Below, piece by piece: positions 1-15,457 of a DNA stretch of 64,000 bases (positions are counted from its first letter, which is position 1; every line of letters begins with the position of its first letter). The position numbers and the translations under genes were made by a program. The stretch is from an uncultured Gammaproteobacteria bacterium (lineage in GTDB: Bacteria > Pseudomonadota > Gammaproteobacteria > Steroidobacterales > BM003), in assembly GCA_963783695.1 (NCBI GenBank), contig CAWAOM010000001.1, positions 481,938 through 545,937 on the forward strand, in the 5' to 3' direction. The notes below the pieces were generated by a model. That model ran no database searches, was not told where the DNA came from, and was given only the letters and a program-made list of their open reading frames with translations.

Positions 1-3
1 GTA

Positions 4-1014
4 TTACTCGAGGCGCCAGCGAAAAAGCCACGTACCGCCGATAATAAAGACGGCCGTCATCAAGCCGAGGATCAACAGACTGCGGGAAATGTCGGCGAGG
101 CCAGCGCCATCGAGCATGATGGCGCGCGCGGCTTCGAGCACGTGAGTCAGGGGCAGAAGCTGCGCGGCCTGGCGCATGATCGGATTTGCACCCTCCATCG
201 AAAACCAGACACCGGACAACAACATCATTGGCCAGGTGATCATGTTGAGCACGCCACCAGCGAATTCCTCGCTGGTGGCGCGGGCCGCGACCAGCAAACC
301 GAGCGAGATCATGCAGATTGCTCCGAGCACAGCGACCAGCAGCAGCGCCAGGTAGCTGCCTTCCATCCGGAAGTGGATAAAGTAGTTGGTGCCGACAAAT
401 ACAAAAATGCTGACCGCCAGAATGAGCATCAATCGTGACACCACCTGGGCACCGATAAATTCTACTGCCCGCAACGGCGTGGCCTGCAGGCGTTTCAGGA
501 AACCGTTCTTGCGATAGCGCACGACGACGTAGCCGACGCCGAACAGGCAACTGAACATCATGTTCATGCCGAGGATACCGGGCAGCAACCAGTCGATATA
601 GCGAATCTGCTCGGCCGACACGGTCGCCTTCTCCAGGCGCGGATCGACCTGCAGCAACAATCGTTCAAGCACATAGCCTTTCGGCGAATCCGTGTTGACC
701 CAGTAGCGCTCGCGGGCCGGATCGAACAGCAGGTCAATACGGTGGCGGCTGAGCTTGTCGATGGACTCCTGTTCGTCAGTCAGTGCAACGAACTGCACGT
801 AGCGGGTGCCGAGGAACGGATGGCTGTCGAGATCTATCTCGGTACTGTCCTGCACAATACCGGCCTTGAACAATGGCCGCGGAGGTCCGGAGAAGATCAG
901 CCCCATGCCGACCACCAGCAGGATCGGCAACATGATGTTCCAGCCGAATGATGCGCGGTCGCGGACGAATTCGAGATTGCGGGCATGCAGGATTGCCAGC
1001 ATCCGGCGGATCAC
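4..1014 (-). CDS. ABC-2 type transporter permease
   Basis: 336-aa ORF with a multi-pass hydrophobic profile typical of ABC-2 permeases. GTGA start/stop overlap with the upstream ATPase gene. Confidence 0.8.
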   Translation of the reverse strand: MIRRMLAILHARNLEFVRDRASFGWNIMLPILLVVGMGLIFSGPPRPLFKAGIVQDSTEIDLDSHPFLGTRYVQFVALTDEQESIDKLSRHRIDLLFDPARERYWVNTDSPKGYVLERLLLQVDPRLEKATVSAEQIRYIDWLLPGILGMNMMFSCLFGVGYVVVRYRKNGFLKRLQATPLRAVEFIGAQVVSRLMLILAVSIFVFVGTNYFIHFRMEGSYLALLLVAVLGAICMISLGLLVAARATSEEFAGGVLNMITWPMMLLSGVWFSMEGANPIMRQAAQLLPLTHVLEAARAIMLDGAGLADISRSLLILGLMTAVFIIGGTWLFRWRLE

Positions 1015-1931
1015 GCGCGAAGTTCCTTGCCGGTGAGCTCTATGAACAGGTCTTCGAGATTGCGTGGCCGAATCCTGAGCCGCTGCATCGGAACTCCGGC
1101 CGCGCCCAGTGCGACCAGCGCCGCATTGACGTCAGCGGTCGATATTTCGACATTCTGACCTTCGCGCAGCACCTGGTAGTCGAATCCACTGAGGTCACGT
1201 GGCCAGTCTGCATCCGGTAGTTCCAGCACAACGTCATCGAAGTGCTCGGCGAGCAGTGCCTGAGGCGAACCCTCGGCAATGATTTTTCCATGGTCCATGA
1301 TCGCTATGGCATCACACAGAATATAAGCCTCTTCCATATAGTGCGTCGTCAGCAGGACGGTCGTGTTTTGCGCCTTGATGCCTTCGACCATTTGCCAGAA
1401 GTTGCGCCGTGCCTGGGGATCGAGACCCGTGGTCGGTTCGTCCAGAAATACCAGTGCGGGGCGATTGATCAGCGCGATGCCGAGCAGCAGGCGCTGGCGC
1501 TGGCCGCCGGACAGCTTGCGCGTATCACGGTCTAGCAGTTCGCCGAGGCTGCACAGCCGCACGACTTCGTCGATGCTGTCGACTCTGCCATACAGCTTTC
1601 GAAACAGATCGAGCGTCTCGGCAACGGTCAGGAAATCCTGCAGCGCGGTGGACTGGAACTGGATCCCGGCTTCTTCGCGAAATCGGCGCCCGATCGGCGC
1701 GCCGCGATACAGAATTGCACCGGAGGTTGCGGGGATGATGCCCTCCATGATTTCGACGGTCGTCGTCTTGCCGGCGCCGTTTGGACCGAGCAATCCGAAA
1801 CAGGTGCCTTCGGCAACCGAGAATCCAATGCCGTCGACCGCGCGTACGCCAGGATATTCCTTGACGAGATCGCGGACCTCGAGAATCGGCCTGGATGGGT
1901 TCATCCTTTTACCATGCGGTCGCCGCCTCAA
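1011..1931 (-). CDS. ABC transporter ATP-binding protein
   Basis: Walker A GPNGAGKTT, ABC signature LSGGQRQRL, Walker B LVFLDEPTTGLD. Start is ambiguous: TTG at 1931 (TTGA overlap with the upstream stop) or ATG at 1904. Confidence 0.9.
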   Translation of the reverse strand: MRRRPHGKRMNPSRPILEVRDLVKEYPGVRAVDGIGFSVAEGTCFGLLGPNGAGKTTTVEIMEGIIPATSGAILYRGAPIGRRFREEAGIQFQSTALQDFLTVAETLDLFRKLYGRVDSIDEVVRLCSLGELLDRDTRKLSGGQRQRLLLGIALINRPALVFLDEPTTGLDPQARRNFWQMVEGIKAQNTTVLLTTHYMEEAYILCDAIAIMDHGKIIAEGSPQALLAEHFDDVVLELPDADWPRDLSGFDYQVLREGQNVEISTADVNAALVALGAAGVPMQRLRIRPRNLEDLFIELTGKELRA

Positions 1932-4900
1932 CGTTCCCAGTAAAAGGCTTTTCTTTCACGCGGATGGTTGCCGATTTCGTGCATCGACATTGCGTCATAG
2001 AGTCGCCCGTTTACCATGACGTACTTGACCTTCTCGCTGTTGCGGATGTCTGTCAGAGGGTTGGCCTCAAGTATGATCAGATCCGCGAGTTTGCCTTTCT
2101 CCAGAGATCCGATGTCCTTGTCCATGCCGAGGTAGGTTGCGCCATTGATCGTCGCGGCTTTTAGCACTTCATGCGGTGTCATCCCGCCCTGTGCCAGCAT
2201 CCACATCTCCCAATGCGCACCGAGACCTTCGCGCTGGCCGTGCGCCCCGATCTGCACCGAAACGCCAGCAGCCGACAGTTCGGTCGCGCCACGGGCAATA
2301 TCGATATGGTTGTATTCTTCCTCCGGGGCAATCATGCGGCGCCGCGTCCGCGGATCGAGAACTTCGCGCGGTACGAATTGCGTAAGCCTTTCATGCGCAA
2401 ATACGTCCGATTCCTGGTACCAGTAATTTTCTCCCCAGATGCCGCCGTAAGCGACAACCAGCGTCGGTGTGTAGCCGACACTGGTCTGCGACCACAGTTG
2501 CACGACGTCGTCGTAAATCCGCGCCAGCGGCAGGCTGTGTTCGATGCCCGTGTGGCCGTCGACGATCATGTTCATGTTGTGCTGGTACAGCGCACCGCCT
2601 TCGGGATATACATTGATTTCCAACTCGCGCGCAGCGGTCAAAATCTGCTGGCGTTGATTGCGCCGCGGCTGATTGTAGCTCTTGACGCTTTCCGCACCGA
2701 GGGCGCGCATTCGGCGCAGGGTGGCACGGGCATCGTCGAGGCTATCGATCTCCGCCGTGAATTGCGTGCTTGCGCCGTAAAGAATCGTCCCGGTCGAGAA
2801 AATGCGCGGCGCCGTGATCAGGCCTGCGCGCGCCATTTCCTTGGCGGTGAAGATCTCACTCGAGTCGTTTGACGGGTCATGAATCGTGGTAACTCCGAAT
2901 GCCAGCGTCGCATAGTTGACCCAGTTTTGCTGTGGAATGATCTCGGCGCTGCCTTGCGGCCCGTGCCAGTGCGCATCGACGATGCCGGGCATCACCGTCA
3001 TCCCGCCCGCCAGCAGTGTCTCCGCATCGTCCGGAATCCTGACTTCGATCCTTGGCCCGGCCGCGCTGATCCGGTTGCCCTCGATCACGATGACGCCATC
3101 CTCGATGACTTCATCGCCATTCATCGTGATGATGCGTACTCCGGCAATGGCAATCTTGCCATCCGGTTTGTCTAGTTCCTGCTCGAAACCGAGCGCGACT
3201 CGCGCCGCGTCATCGGGTTCCCCCGCGCCCTTGGCGGAGTCGATTTCCAGCGCAAACAGATCCGGGCCCAACGACCAGTAAAGGGTGCGGCTGTCGCTTG
3301 ACCAGTTGAGGTAGTCGCCGGCATCGTCAGTGAGGCGTTTTACCCCGGCGGATTTCATATCCGGACTGACTTCGAGCGTTTTGCCGATCCCTGGAACCGG
3401 CACGAGGTAGACCTGGAAGCGCTCCTGCACGGCAAGCCACTTGCCGTCCGGGGAAATGACAAAGTCGCTGGCGAACTTGCTCTTTGCCATGACGTGCTCA
3501 GCGCCGTCTGAAAGGCGCCGGCTGATCAGCAGCAGTTCGTTGTCCTCGCCCTCACGAACCAGGTAGAGATGATCGCGGTCGGCGCCAAATCGCGGTCTGT
3601 CACCTTCGCGGGTCAGAAAATCGGCTTCCCCGCCGCGCGCGGATACTTCGTAGACGCCGGGTTCCTCGCCCCACCATGGCGCGCGCAACACATTCCCCGC
3701 CAGTTTGCGGTAGACGATACTCTGTCCATCCGGGGCAAAGCGCGGTTCGACGTAATGACCAGGATCCGGCGTCACCACTTCGCTGCGGCCGCCATCGGCG
3801 TCGATGACACGCACCGCGCCGAGTTCCTCGTCACTCCAGCTGACGTAGACGATTTTGCGACCGTCACGCGAGAACGACGGGTAGAACTCGAAATGCTCGT
3901 CCTGCGAAGTCAGGCGTTGGGTTTCTCCACCCGCCAGGTTTCTGACATACAGATGGCCCATCGCCGAAAACACGACCCGCTTGCCGTCCGGTGACATCTC
4001 CGGCCAGCGCAACATGCGTGACGTAAATTTATCCGGGGCGACAGTGACCGGAAAATGAACGGCTTCGCGCGCCTCCAGCGTGGTTGCGACCCTGAACTCG
4101 ATCGGCTGAGTCTGGCCACTCGTGGCATCGACCCGCAGAATTTTGCCCCCGGCCCATGCAAGGATCGCGCTACCGTCCGGCAGCCACGCCATGTTGGGAT
4201 ACACGCCATGGATGGACCATATTTCCTGGTTGTCCCGGTCCAGGCCGTCGTACAACGCCGTCTCGACACCGCTGCTAACGTCTTTTACGAACAAAACACT
4301 CTGGCCGCGAACTCTGCGCACAAAAGCGATGGATTTGCCATCCGGAGACGGCAGCGGACGGACTGCGCCGCCGGCGCCACCGATATAGGCGCGATCCTCG
4401 CCGGTGGCGCGGTCAAGACGGCGGATCTGGAAGATCTGGCCGTTAGCATCCTTGTTGTATTGGAAAGTCGCGCCGGGGCTGGCATCGAGGCTGTAATAGA
4501 GGTACTTGCCGTCAGGAGAAAACGCGGGTTCGTTTATGTCCTTCTGATCGCTGCGTTTTTCGATGACCTGAAGGCCATCGCCGCCGCCGCGATAGTAGAA
4601 CCAGATTTCGCCTGCGCCCAGCGACCGACGCTTGGTGAAATGCTTGCGCACCGCGATGAAGCGGCCATCGGGCGACCACGCGGGGTTGTGAACAAGGCGG
4701 AAATCCTCCTTGCTGACCTGGGTCGGGTCGGACCCGTCCGCGCCCATGATCCACAGGTTGTCGGCACCGTCGCGGTCGCTGATGAACGCGATGTGGCGAC
4801 CGTCAGGACTGAAGCGCGGCTGCATGTCCCAGGCCATGCCGGATGCCAGCGCCTTCGCCCGGCCACCTGTCACCGGCATGGTGTAGATGTCGCCAAGGAG

Positions 4901-5104
4901 GTCGAAAACGATCGTATTGCCATCCGGACTGATATCGACGCTGAGCCAGGTGCCTTCGGTGGTATCAATCGCGATTGACGTGGCCGCTCCGGGCGGATCG
5001 CTGATATCCCATTTCGTATCGTTGTCTGCCGCGGCCGCCGCAGCGTCGAGCGCCAGTGCCGGGAGCAAAATCAGAGTGCAGCGTGCAAGGTAGTGTTTAA
5101 ACAT
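1928..5104 (-). CDS. Secreted TolB-like beta-propeller (PD40 repeats) fused to an amidohydrolase-family domain
   Basis: Signal-peptide-like N-terminus MFKHYLARCTLILLPALALDAAAAAA. Repeated SPDG(K/R)xIAF-type propeller motifs. C-terminal IVDAHWHG and later H/D-rich amidohydrolase motifs. Confidence 0.8.
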   Translation of the reverse strand: MFKHYLARCTLILLPALALDAAAAAADNDTKWDISDPPGAATSIAIDTTEGTWLSVDISPDGNTIVFDLLGDIYTMPVTGGRAKALASGMAWDMQPRFSPDGRHIAFISDRDGADNLWIMGADGSDPTQVSKEDFRLVHNPAWSPDGRFIAVRKHFTKRRSLGAGEIWFYYRGGGDGLQVIEKRSDQKDINEPAFSPDGKYLYYSLDASPGATFQYNKDANGQIFQIRRLDRATGEDRAYIGGAGGAVRPLPSPDGKSIAFVRRVRGQSVLFVKDVSSGVETALYDGLDRDNQEIWSIHGVYPNMAWLPDGSAILAWAGGKILRVDATSGQTQPIEFRVATTLEAREAVHFPVTVAPDKFTSRMLRWPEMSPDGKRVVFSAMGHLYVRNLAGGETQRLTSQDEHFEFYPSFSRDGRKIVYVSWSDEELGAVRVIDADGGRSEVVTPDPGHYVEPRFAPDGQSIVYRKLAGNVLRAPWWGEEPGVYEVSARGGEADFLTREGDRPRFGADRDHLYLVREGEDNELLLISRRLSDGAEHVMAKSKFASDFVISPDGKWLAVQERFQVYLVPVPGIGKTLEVSPDMKSAGVKRLTDDAGDYLNWSSDSRTLYWSLGPDLFALEIDSAKGAGEPDDAARVALGFEQELDKPDGKIAIAGVRIITMNGDEVIEDGVIVIEGNRISAAGPRIEVRIPDDAETLLAGGMTVMPGIVDAHWHGPQGSAEIIPQQNWVNYATLAFGVTTIHDPSNDSSEIFTAKEMARAGLITAPRIFSTGTILYGASTQFTAEIDSLDDARATLRRMRALGAESVKSYNQPRRNQRQQILTAARELEINVYPEGGALYQHNMNMIVDGHTGIEHSLPLARIYDDVVQLWSQTSVGYTPTLVVAYGGIWGENYWYQESDVFAHERLTQFVPREVLDPRTRRRMIAPEEEYNHIDIARGATELSAAGVSVQIGAHGQREGLGAHWEMWMLAQGGMTPHEVLKAATINGATYLGMDKDIGSLEKGKLADLIILEANPLTDIRNSEKVKYVMVNGRLYDAMSMHEIGNHPRERKAFYWER

Positions 5105-5156
5105 GTGATGTTCCGTCCCGATCGAGCGACAGCTTGCGCAAAGACGCGAATGCTAA

Positions 5157-7292
<2,136 letters not shown>

Positions 7293-7407
7293 GCGCGATC
7301 AGCGGCGATTTCTGCCCGGATGTCACTTGCGGACGAAAGATGGCGTTGCCGGTGGCTTGTTTGTCCCGCGCCGAATCAGTCTCTGCGGCGACCTCCGCTG
7401 CCCGTGC

Positions 7408-8160
7408 ATGAGCTCACCGCTCAATAATCAGTTTGACCTGCTGGCTGACGCGGCAGCGATCGGTGGACTTAGCGTGCGTCGTAGCAGCAGGGCCAGGCGC
7501 ATGAGCATCCGGGTCGATCCACTGGGTAGCGTGGAGGTTGTCGTGCCCGCTCGCGCCCGCCCGCCCGAGGTACGCTCCTTTGTGGAAGAGAACCGTGCGT
7601 GGATCGAGCGTGCCCGTCACCATATGACCGGAGGTGTGGCTCGGCAATCCATGGAACGGCCGCAGCATATTGCGTTGAAAGCGATCGGTCGCGAGCGTGA
7701 AGTGTCCTATCACGACACGGATGCGCGCCGGCTGAGTCTGAAAGACGATGGCCGACGAATTGTTATCAGCGGAGCACTTCACGAGCAGCGTGACGTTTTC
7801 CGGGTTCTGATTAACTGGCTCAAAGGCGAGGCGCGCAAGGCCTTGCCGCCACGCCTCGATGCGCTGGGGCAAGGCTTCGGCCTGAATCATCAGCGGGTGC
7901 AGATTCGTGCCCAGCGCAGCCGCTGGGGAAGTTGCTCGCAACAAGGCACTATCAGCCTGAACTGCACACTGATGTTGCTTGATGAGTGTCTGGTGCGTTA
8001 TCTGCTCGTCCATGAATTGTGCCACCTGCGCCATATGAATCACTCACGCAGGTTTTGGCGTCTGGTCGAACAGTGTGAGGCGAATTACAAGGAACTGGAC
8101 CGGCGGCTGGCGCGGGCGTGGTCCGAATTGCCAGGCTGGGCGCTGGTTGGCCGCTGCTAA
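7408..8160 (+). CDS. YgjP-like (DUF45/M48-type) metal-dependent hydrolase
   Basis: C-terminal HELCHLRHMNHSRRFW zinc-binding HExxH motif typical of the family. ATG at 7408 chosen over the TTG ORF start at 7327. Confidence 0.75.
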   Translation: MSSPLNNQFDLLADAAAIGGLSVRRSSRARRMSIRVDPLGSVEVVVPARARPPEVRSFVEENRAWIERARHHMTGGVARQSMERPQHIALKAIGREREVSYHDTDARRLSLKDDGRRIVISGALHEQRDVFRVLINWLKGEARKALPPRLDALGQGFGLNHQRVQIRAQRSRWGSCSQQGTISLNCTLMLLDECLVRYLLVHELCHLRHMNHSRRFWRLVEQCEANYKELDRRLARAWSELPGWALVGRC

Positions 8161-8197
8161 CGGCAGATCCAAATGACGAATAACCGGGAGACCCCGC

Positions 8198-8797
8198 ATG
8201 AATTTCAGTCCTGACGCCGCCGGTGTGCGCGGTTTGCTGATCGCGAATGGCGTTATCTATTTGCTGCAAGGCCTGCTTGGCGTCAAATTCCTGGTGTTGT
8301 TTTCGTTGTTGCCGTATCCGGACACGTTGCCGTGGCAGTTGCTGACCTATGGTTTTCTGCATGGTGGTCTGATGCACCTGGTGTTCAACATGTACGGATT
8401 GTGGATATTCGGGACACAGGTCGAACATGTGTGGGGCACGCAGCGATTCGTCACCTATTACCTTGTTTGCGTGATCGGCGCCGCCATTGTGCAACTCATC
8501 GTCGGTGCCTTTACCGGTTCGCGCGCGCCGACGGTGGGCGCATCGGGCGGCGTTTTTGGCCTGTTACTCGCCTTTGCATTGATGTTCCCGAAACAAAAAC
8601 TGATGTTGTTGTTTCCGCCGATCCCGATTACCGCAATGTGGTTTGCGATTGGTTACGGGCTGTTGTCGCTATGGCTGGGGGTGACCGGCTCGGCTGCGGG
8701 TGTGGCTCATTTTGCCCACCTCGGCGGCATGATCTTCGGTTTCCTGTTGATCCAGTACTGGCGCTCCAGCGCGCGTGGCAAAGGCCGACGGCGTTAG
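8198..8797 (+). CDS. Rhomboid family intramembrane serine protease
   Basis: Multi-TM protein with catalytic GASGGVFG (GxSG) and the downstream HFAHLGG histidine motif. GGGAG-type RBS lies before the ATG. Confidence 0.85.
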   Translation: MNFSPDAAGVRGLLIANGVIYLLQGLLGVKFLVLFSLLPYPDTLPWQLLTYGFLHGGLMHLVFNMYGLWIFGTQVEHVWGTQRFVTYYLVCVIGAAIVQLIVGAFTGSRAPTVGASGGVFGLLLAFALMFPKQKLMLLFPPIPITAMWFAIGYGLLSLWLGVTGSAAGVAHFAHLGGMIFGFLLIQYWRSSARGKGRRR

Positions 8798-8829
8798 CCA
8801 GCGGTGCTGTCGCTACCGGTGCCATTGCC

Positions 8830-9588
8830 ATGAGCCGACTCGAATTGCTGTGGTGGACGTCGCTCACGACGCTGCCGGTATTGTTGCCACAGGCATTATA
8901 TGCACGCATTCGCACGCAGCGCTTGCCGCAGGCAGGACCGCCATGGCAAGGCGTATGCGGCACCGCGGGCAGGCGGGTGCGTCTTGCGGTCGTCGGCGAT
9001 TCCACTGTCGCCGGTGTAGGTGCCGGAGACCAGCGGCTGGCGGTGGCGGGTCGGACCGCTGCTGCGCTTGCCGGGTCCGGCGAGCACTGTATCAAGTGGC
9101 ATGCGTTTGGCCGCAATGGGGCGACGGTTGCCGATATCGAACGTGAATTCGTGGCGCCGGCAATTGCCTTCCGTCCGGACATCGTATTGCTAAGTGTCGG
9201 GGTCAACGACACGACGGCGATGACGTCGCGGCGACGCTGGCGGGATGGGCTGGTCGCAGTCGCGGACGCATTTCACGCCTCGGGCGTGGCCACCGTTGCG
9301 GTGTCGCGCCTGCCGCCGATGCATTTGTTCAGTGCCCTTCCGCAACCGCTGCGGGCATTCCTCGGTATGCGTGCCCGTATCCTCGATCAGGATTTACAGC
9401 GATTGGCAGGCGGACACCGCTGCCTGATCTATCTTGACGTCCGCTTTGAGCCGCGACCGGAATTTCTCGCGGAGGATGGTTACCATCCATCGGCAGCAGG
9501 CTGTGCAGTGTGGGGTCAGGGTCTGGCCGCGGGTTTGCGCGAGCGCGTCGACGCGCTCAGCCCTGATCGAGTAGCTCGCGCAGATTGA
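8830..9588 (+). CDS. SGNH/GDSL-type hydrolase
   Basis: Block I VVGDSTVAGVG with the catalytic Ser. C-terminal DGYHPS (DxxH) block. ATG at 8830 follows the rhomboid stop; the longer ORF from 8332 overlaps the rhomboid gene out of frame. Confidence 0.75.
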   Translation: MSRLELLWWTSLTTLPVLLPQALYARIRTQRLPQAGPPWQGVCGTAGRRVRLAVVGDSTVAGVGAGDQRLAVAGRTAAALAGSGEHCIKWHAFGRNGATVADIEREFVAPAIAFRPDIVLLSVGVNDTTAMTSRRRWRDGLVAVADAFHASGVATVAVSRLPPMHLFSALPQPLRAFLGMRARILDQDLQRLAGGHRCLIYLDVRFEPRPEFLAEDGYHPSAAGCAVWGQGLAAGLRERVDALSPDRVARAD

Positions 9589-10624
9589 TGACCGCTGAAT
9601 TCGCCCGTGACAGATACGACGCCATGACCAGCGAGTGATTCGGGAACAGGCCGAACCCCTTGCCGTTCATTACCAGCGGGCTGCGCATCGGTGACAGGCT
9701 CTCTTCGAGTTCGCGGATGATCTGGCGCAGACTAACGACTGCGTTTTTGTCTTCGAGCACCTGTTCAAAATCAAACTGCGCGGCGCGCAGGAAATGCAGC
9801 AATGCCCAGGCTGTGCCGCGCGCCTGATAGAAAACATCGTCGATCTCCAGCCACGGCGTTCTGACCAAACGATCGGCAGAACGCGGAGTTGCCATTTCTG
9901 CTGCGCGCTCGCCCGCCAGGTCGGTGTCAACACGCACCTGGCCGACGCTCGCGCTCAATTGTTGCGACAGGTTGCCGAGCCGTTTCTCCACGACGATCAG
10001 CCATTCACGCAGGTTGTCGGCACGCGCATAAAACTGGGTCTCGCTCTGGGTCTCGTCTTCGAGACGTACGAGGTAAGCCTGCAAATGGCGAATGCCCTCT
10101 CGGTATTTGCGTTCGCTGGCCGGCAACATCCAGGAATCATGATTGAAATTGAAGGCGGGTTCGGCCTGGGCCAGGTCCGAATCTTCCGCTGACTGCGATT
10201 GGGAGCGCGAATAATCGTTGCGCAATGCCTTGGTCAGATCACGAATCTGGATGATGACACCCTGTTCCCAGTTCGGCATGTTGTCCAGGAAGACGCTCGG
10301 CGGTGTAATGTCATTACTGAGAAAGCCGCCGGGTTTGTCGAGTAACGTCTGCGAGACCCGGATGAGTGTTTCCGTGGTGCTGTAACCGGTTACGGCCCGG
10401 CCAGCTTCATCTTTGCCGGTCACCCAGAACAGATCCGGTTCGCGGGACCACATCCACGCCAAAACGATCTGAACTAGCAAAAAGAGCGCAATTCCACCGA
10501 TTATCAGTGTCTTGCGTGTGCTTGTGCCGGCTGCGTCAGTGCTCGTTTCGGGCTGACGTCTGAACCTCTCCCCGATTCGGGCTGTGCTGTCGCGTAACCG
10601 TTCAATCCACTGTGCCATGATCAT
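9557..10624 (-). CDS. DUF2333-like membrane-anchored protein
   Basis: 355-aa ORF with a single N-terminal TM segment. The segment GGFLSNDITPPSVFLDNMPNWEQG resembles DUF2333 family proteins as I recall them. Unverified. Confidence 0.5.
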   Translation of the reverse strand: MIMAQWIERLRDSTARIGERFRRQPETSTDAAGTSTRKTLIIGGIALFLLVQIVLAWMWSREPDLFWVTGKDEAGRAVTGYSTTETLIRVSQTLLDKPGGFLSNDITPPSVFLDNMPNWEQGVIIQIRDLTKALRNDYSRSQSQSAEDSDLAQAEPAFNFNHDSWMLPASERKYREGIRHLQAYLVRLEDETQSETQFYARADNLREWLIVVEKRLGNLSQQLSASVGQVRVDTDLAGERAAEMATPRSADRLVRTPWLEIDDVFYQARGTAWALLHFLRAAQFDFEQVLEDKNAVVSLRQIIRELEESLSPMRSPLVMNGKGFGLFPNHSLVMASYLSRANSAVINLRELLDQG

Positions 10625-10707
10625 CCCTGCTGTCTGAGGTGTTCCTGCCCAAGCGCAATGGTAGCGATATCATTAACGATCGGCATCGTTTTTTCCGGCT
10701 CCGGGTT

Positions 10708-11469
10708 TCACGCGGGGTCGAGCAGGGCGGCGCTCATCTGCGGCAGGATTGCGCCGGCGGTGCCGCTCAGCGCGAACTCGGCCAGCTTTGTCACCGGGGT
10801 CGGGCTCGGGTTGACCTCTACCAGTATGGCGCCGCTTCGAAGCGCGATTTCCATCAGGCCTGCAGCGGGGTAGACAAGCGACGACGTGCCGATGGACAGA
10901 AACACGTCGCAACGCTCAGCCGCCTGCTGCGCCGCATCGAGGGCCGCAGCCGGGATCGCTTCACCGAACCATACGACATCGGGGCGCAGCATTCCGCCAC
11001 AGGCCGGGCAGCGCGGTGGAACGTCGTCGCCGGGCGCTGGCTGCGCCACGACGATATGCTCAATCGAGCATAAGTCGCGCATGATATTGCCGTGGTATTC
11101 GATGACATCTGTGCTGCCGGCGCGTTGGTGCAGGCCGTCGACGTTTTGTGTAATCAGGTTGAATCGGGGCAGTATTCGCGCCATTCGTGCCAGCGCACCA
11201 TGCCCCGGATTGGGTTGCGCTTCGCTGACCATTTCGCGCCGCCATGCATACCAGTCCCAGACCCGGCGTGGGTTGCGTGCGAAGGCCTCGGGCGTGGCGA
11301 GGTCCTCGGGGCGAAATTTCGCCCAGATACCGGTCTGCGCGTCACGGAATGTCGGGATACCGCTCTCCGCCGAAATCCCCGAGCCGGTAAGCACCGTCAC
11401 TTCGCGCGAACGGCGTAGCGTTTCGATCAGTTGTGGAGGGACTTGCGTCATCAACGACTCGTCGGCCAT
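10708..11469 (-). CDS. cobB: NAD-dependent protein deacylase (Sir2/CobB)
   Basis: GSGISAESGIPTFRD NAD-binding motif, catalytic HG (IEYHGN), Zn-ribbon CPACGG. ATG at 11469 avoids overlap with acnA. Confidence 0.85.
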   Translation of the reverse strand: MADESLMTQVPPQLIETLRRSREVTVLTGSGISAESGIPTFRDAQTGIWAKFRPEDLATPEAFARNPRRVWDWYAWRREMVSEAQPNPGHGALARMARILPRFNLITQNVDGLHQRAGSTDVIEYHGNIMRDLCSIEHIVVAQPAPGDDVPPRCPACGGMLRPDVVWFGEAIPAAALDAAQQAAERCDVFLSIGTSSLVYPAAGLMEIALRSGAILVEVNPSPTPVTKLAEFALSGTAGAILPQMSAALLDPA

Positions 11470-11521
11470 CGAGAGCAGGCCGGCACCGGCGCGACAGCGC
11501 CGGCATCGGCCTGGTTTGTGC

Positions 11522-14197
<2,676 letters not shown>

Positions 14198-14266
14198 GAA
14201 TGCTCCCGGGGGGGTAGGTTAGAGGGGATGCCAGCGAAGCCAGAGAATTATACGGAATCGGCAGGT

Positions 14267-15415
14267 TCAGGGCGATACGGCCTGCTCCCTGAGCTTGTTA
14301 TTGCTGCTGTTTTCGCTGGCCACACTACCGATTAGTTCAATGGTTGCGCCGCCGAGACAGCAATCCGCATCGTAAAACACGACAAATTGCCCCGGCGTCA
14401 GTGCCCGCTGAGGCTTGTCGAATGTCACTTCGAGGCGGCCATCGCGGCCCTGCCTGACGACGCAGGCCTGGTCGCGCTGGCGATAGCGCGCCTTGGCGTG
14501 GCAGCGCAGCGGCAATTTCGGCGGCGCACCGGCGATCCAGTGCGTATCGCCCGCGCTCAGCGTACTGCTCGTCAGCAACGGATGGTCGGTCTGTTGAACT
14601 ACCACCAGCACATTACGCCGGATATCTTTCGCTGCGACATACCAGGGGGACTCATCGCGGCCTTTTCTGCCTCCGATTCCGAGGCCCTTGCGCTGGCCAA
14701 GGGTATAGAACATCAGACCGTTGTGGCGCCCCAGAGGTGTGCCCTCGGGAGTTTCTATGTCTCCGGGCTGCACCGGGACGTAGCGATTGAGGAATTCCGT
14801 AAAGTTGCGCTCGCCAATAAAGCAGATGCCGGTGCTGTCGCGCTTGTCATGGGTTACGAAGCCCTGCTCGCGCGCAATCGCGCGCACCTCGGACTTGGCC
14901 AGTTCCCCGACCGGGAACAACGACTGTGCCAGGGCGGCGGCATCGACAGCGTGCAGGAAGTAACTCTGGTCCTTATTCTGGTCACGACCCTTGAGCAAAA
15001 CGGAGCCTTCGCTGCCTTTGCGGACACGGGCGTAGTGGCCCGTCGCGATGAGTTCAGCGCCGAGGCGCCGCGCGTAATTCAGAAACACGCCAAACTTGAT
15101 TTCGCGGTTGCAGAGTACGTCCGGATTGGGCGTCCGCCCAGCCTGGTACTCGTGAAGGAAATAGGCGAAAACGCGCTCACGGTACTCTGGAGCGAAATTG
15201 GCGCGGTGGAGCGGGATGCCGAGACGGCCGCAAATCGCAGCGGCATCGCGATAGTCGGCGGCGGCAGTACAGTATCCGTCTTCGTCCTCTTCCCAGTTGA
15301 CCATGAAAAGGCCGTGCACGTCATAGCCCTCGCGCTGCAAAAGGTACGCTGCGACCGAGGAATCGACCCCGCCGGACATGCCGACGACGACGCGTTTGCG
15401 GGAAATTTCAGGCAT
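14267..15415 (-). CDS. mnmA: tRNA 2-thiouridine(34) synthase
   Basis: PP-loop [18 protein letters not shown], conserved [12 protein letters not shown] and DQSYFL motifs. Confidence 0.95.
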   Translation of the reverse strand: MPEISRKRVVVGMSGGVDSSVAAYLLQREGYDVHGLFMVNWEEDEDGYCTAAADYRDAAAICGRLGIPLHRANFAPEYRERVFAYFLHEYQAGRTPNPDVLCNREIKFGVFLNYARRLGAELIATGHYARVRKGSEGSVLLKGRDQNKDQSYFLHAVDAAALAQSLFPVGELAKSEVRAIAREQGFVTHDKRDSTGICFIGERNFTEFLNRYVPVQPGDIETPEGTPLGRHNGLMFYTLGQRKGLGIGGRKGRDESPWYVAAKDIRRNVLVVVQQTDHPLLTSSTLSAGDTHWIAGAPPKLPLRCHAKARYRQRDQACVVRQGRDGRLEVTFDKPQRALTPGQFVVFYDADCCLGGATIELIGSVASENSSNNKLREQAVSP

Positions 15416-15457
15416 CGCGCCATTATAGCAGTGGCGCGGTAGCAGACTGCCGGGCGT

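Noticed and set aside
8332-8829. N-terminal 166 codons of the 418-aa ORF overlapping the rhomboid gene
   Set aside because: This stretch overlaps the well-supported rhomboid CDS out of frame. The SGNH hydrolase domain begins after the ATG at 8830, right after the rhomboid stop.
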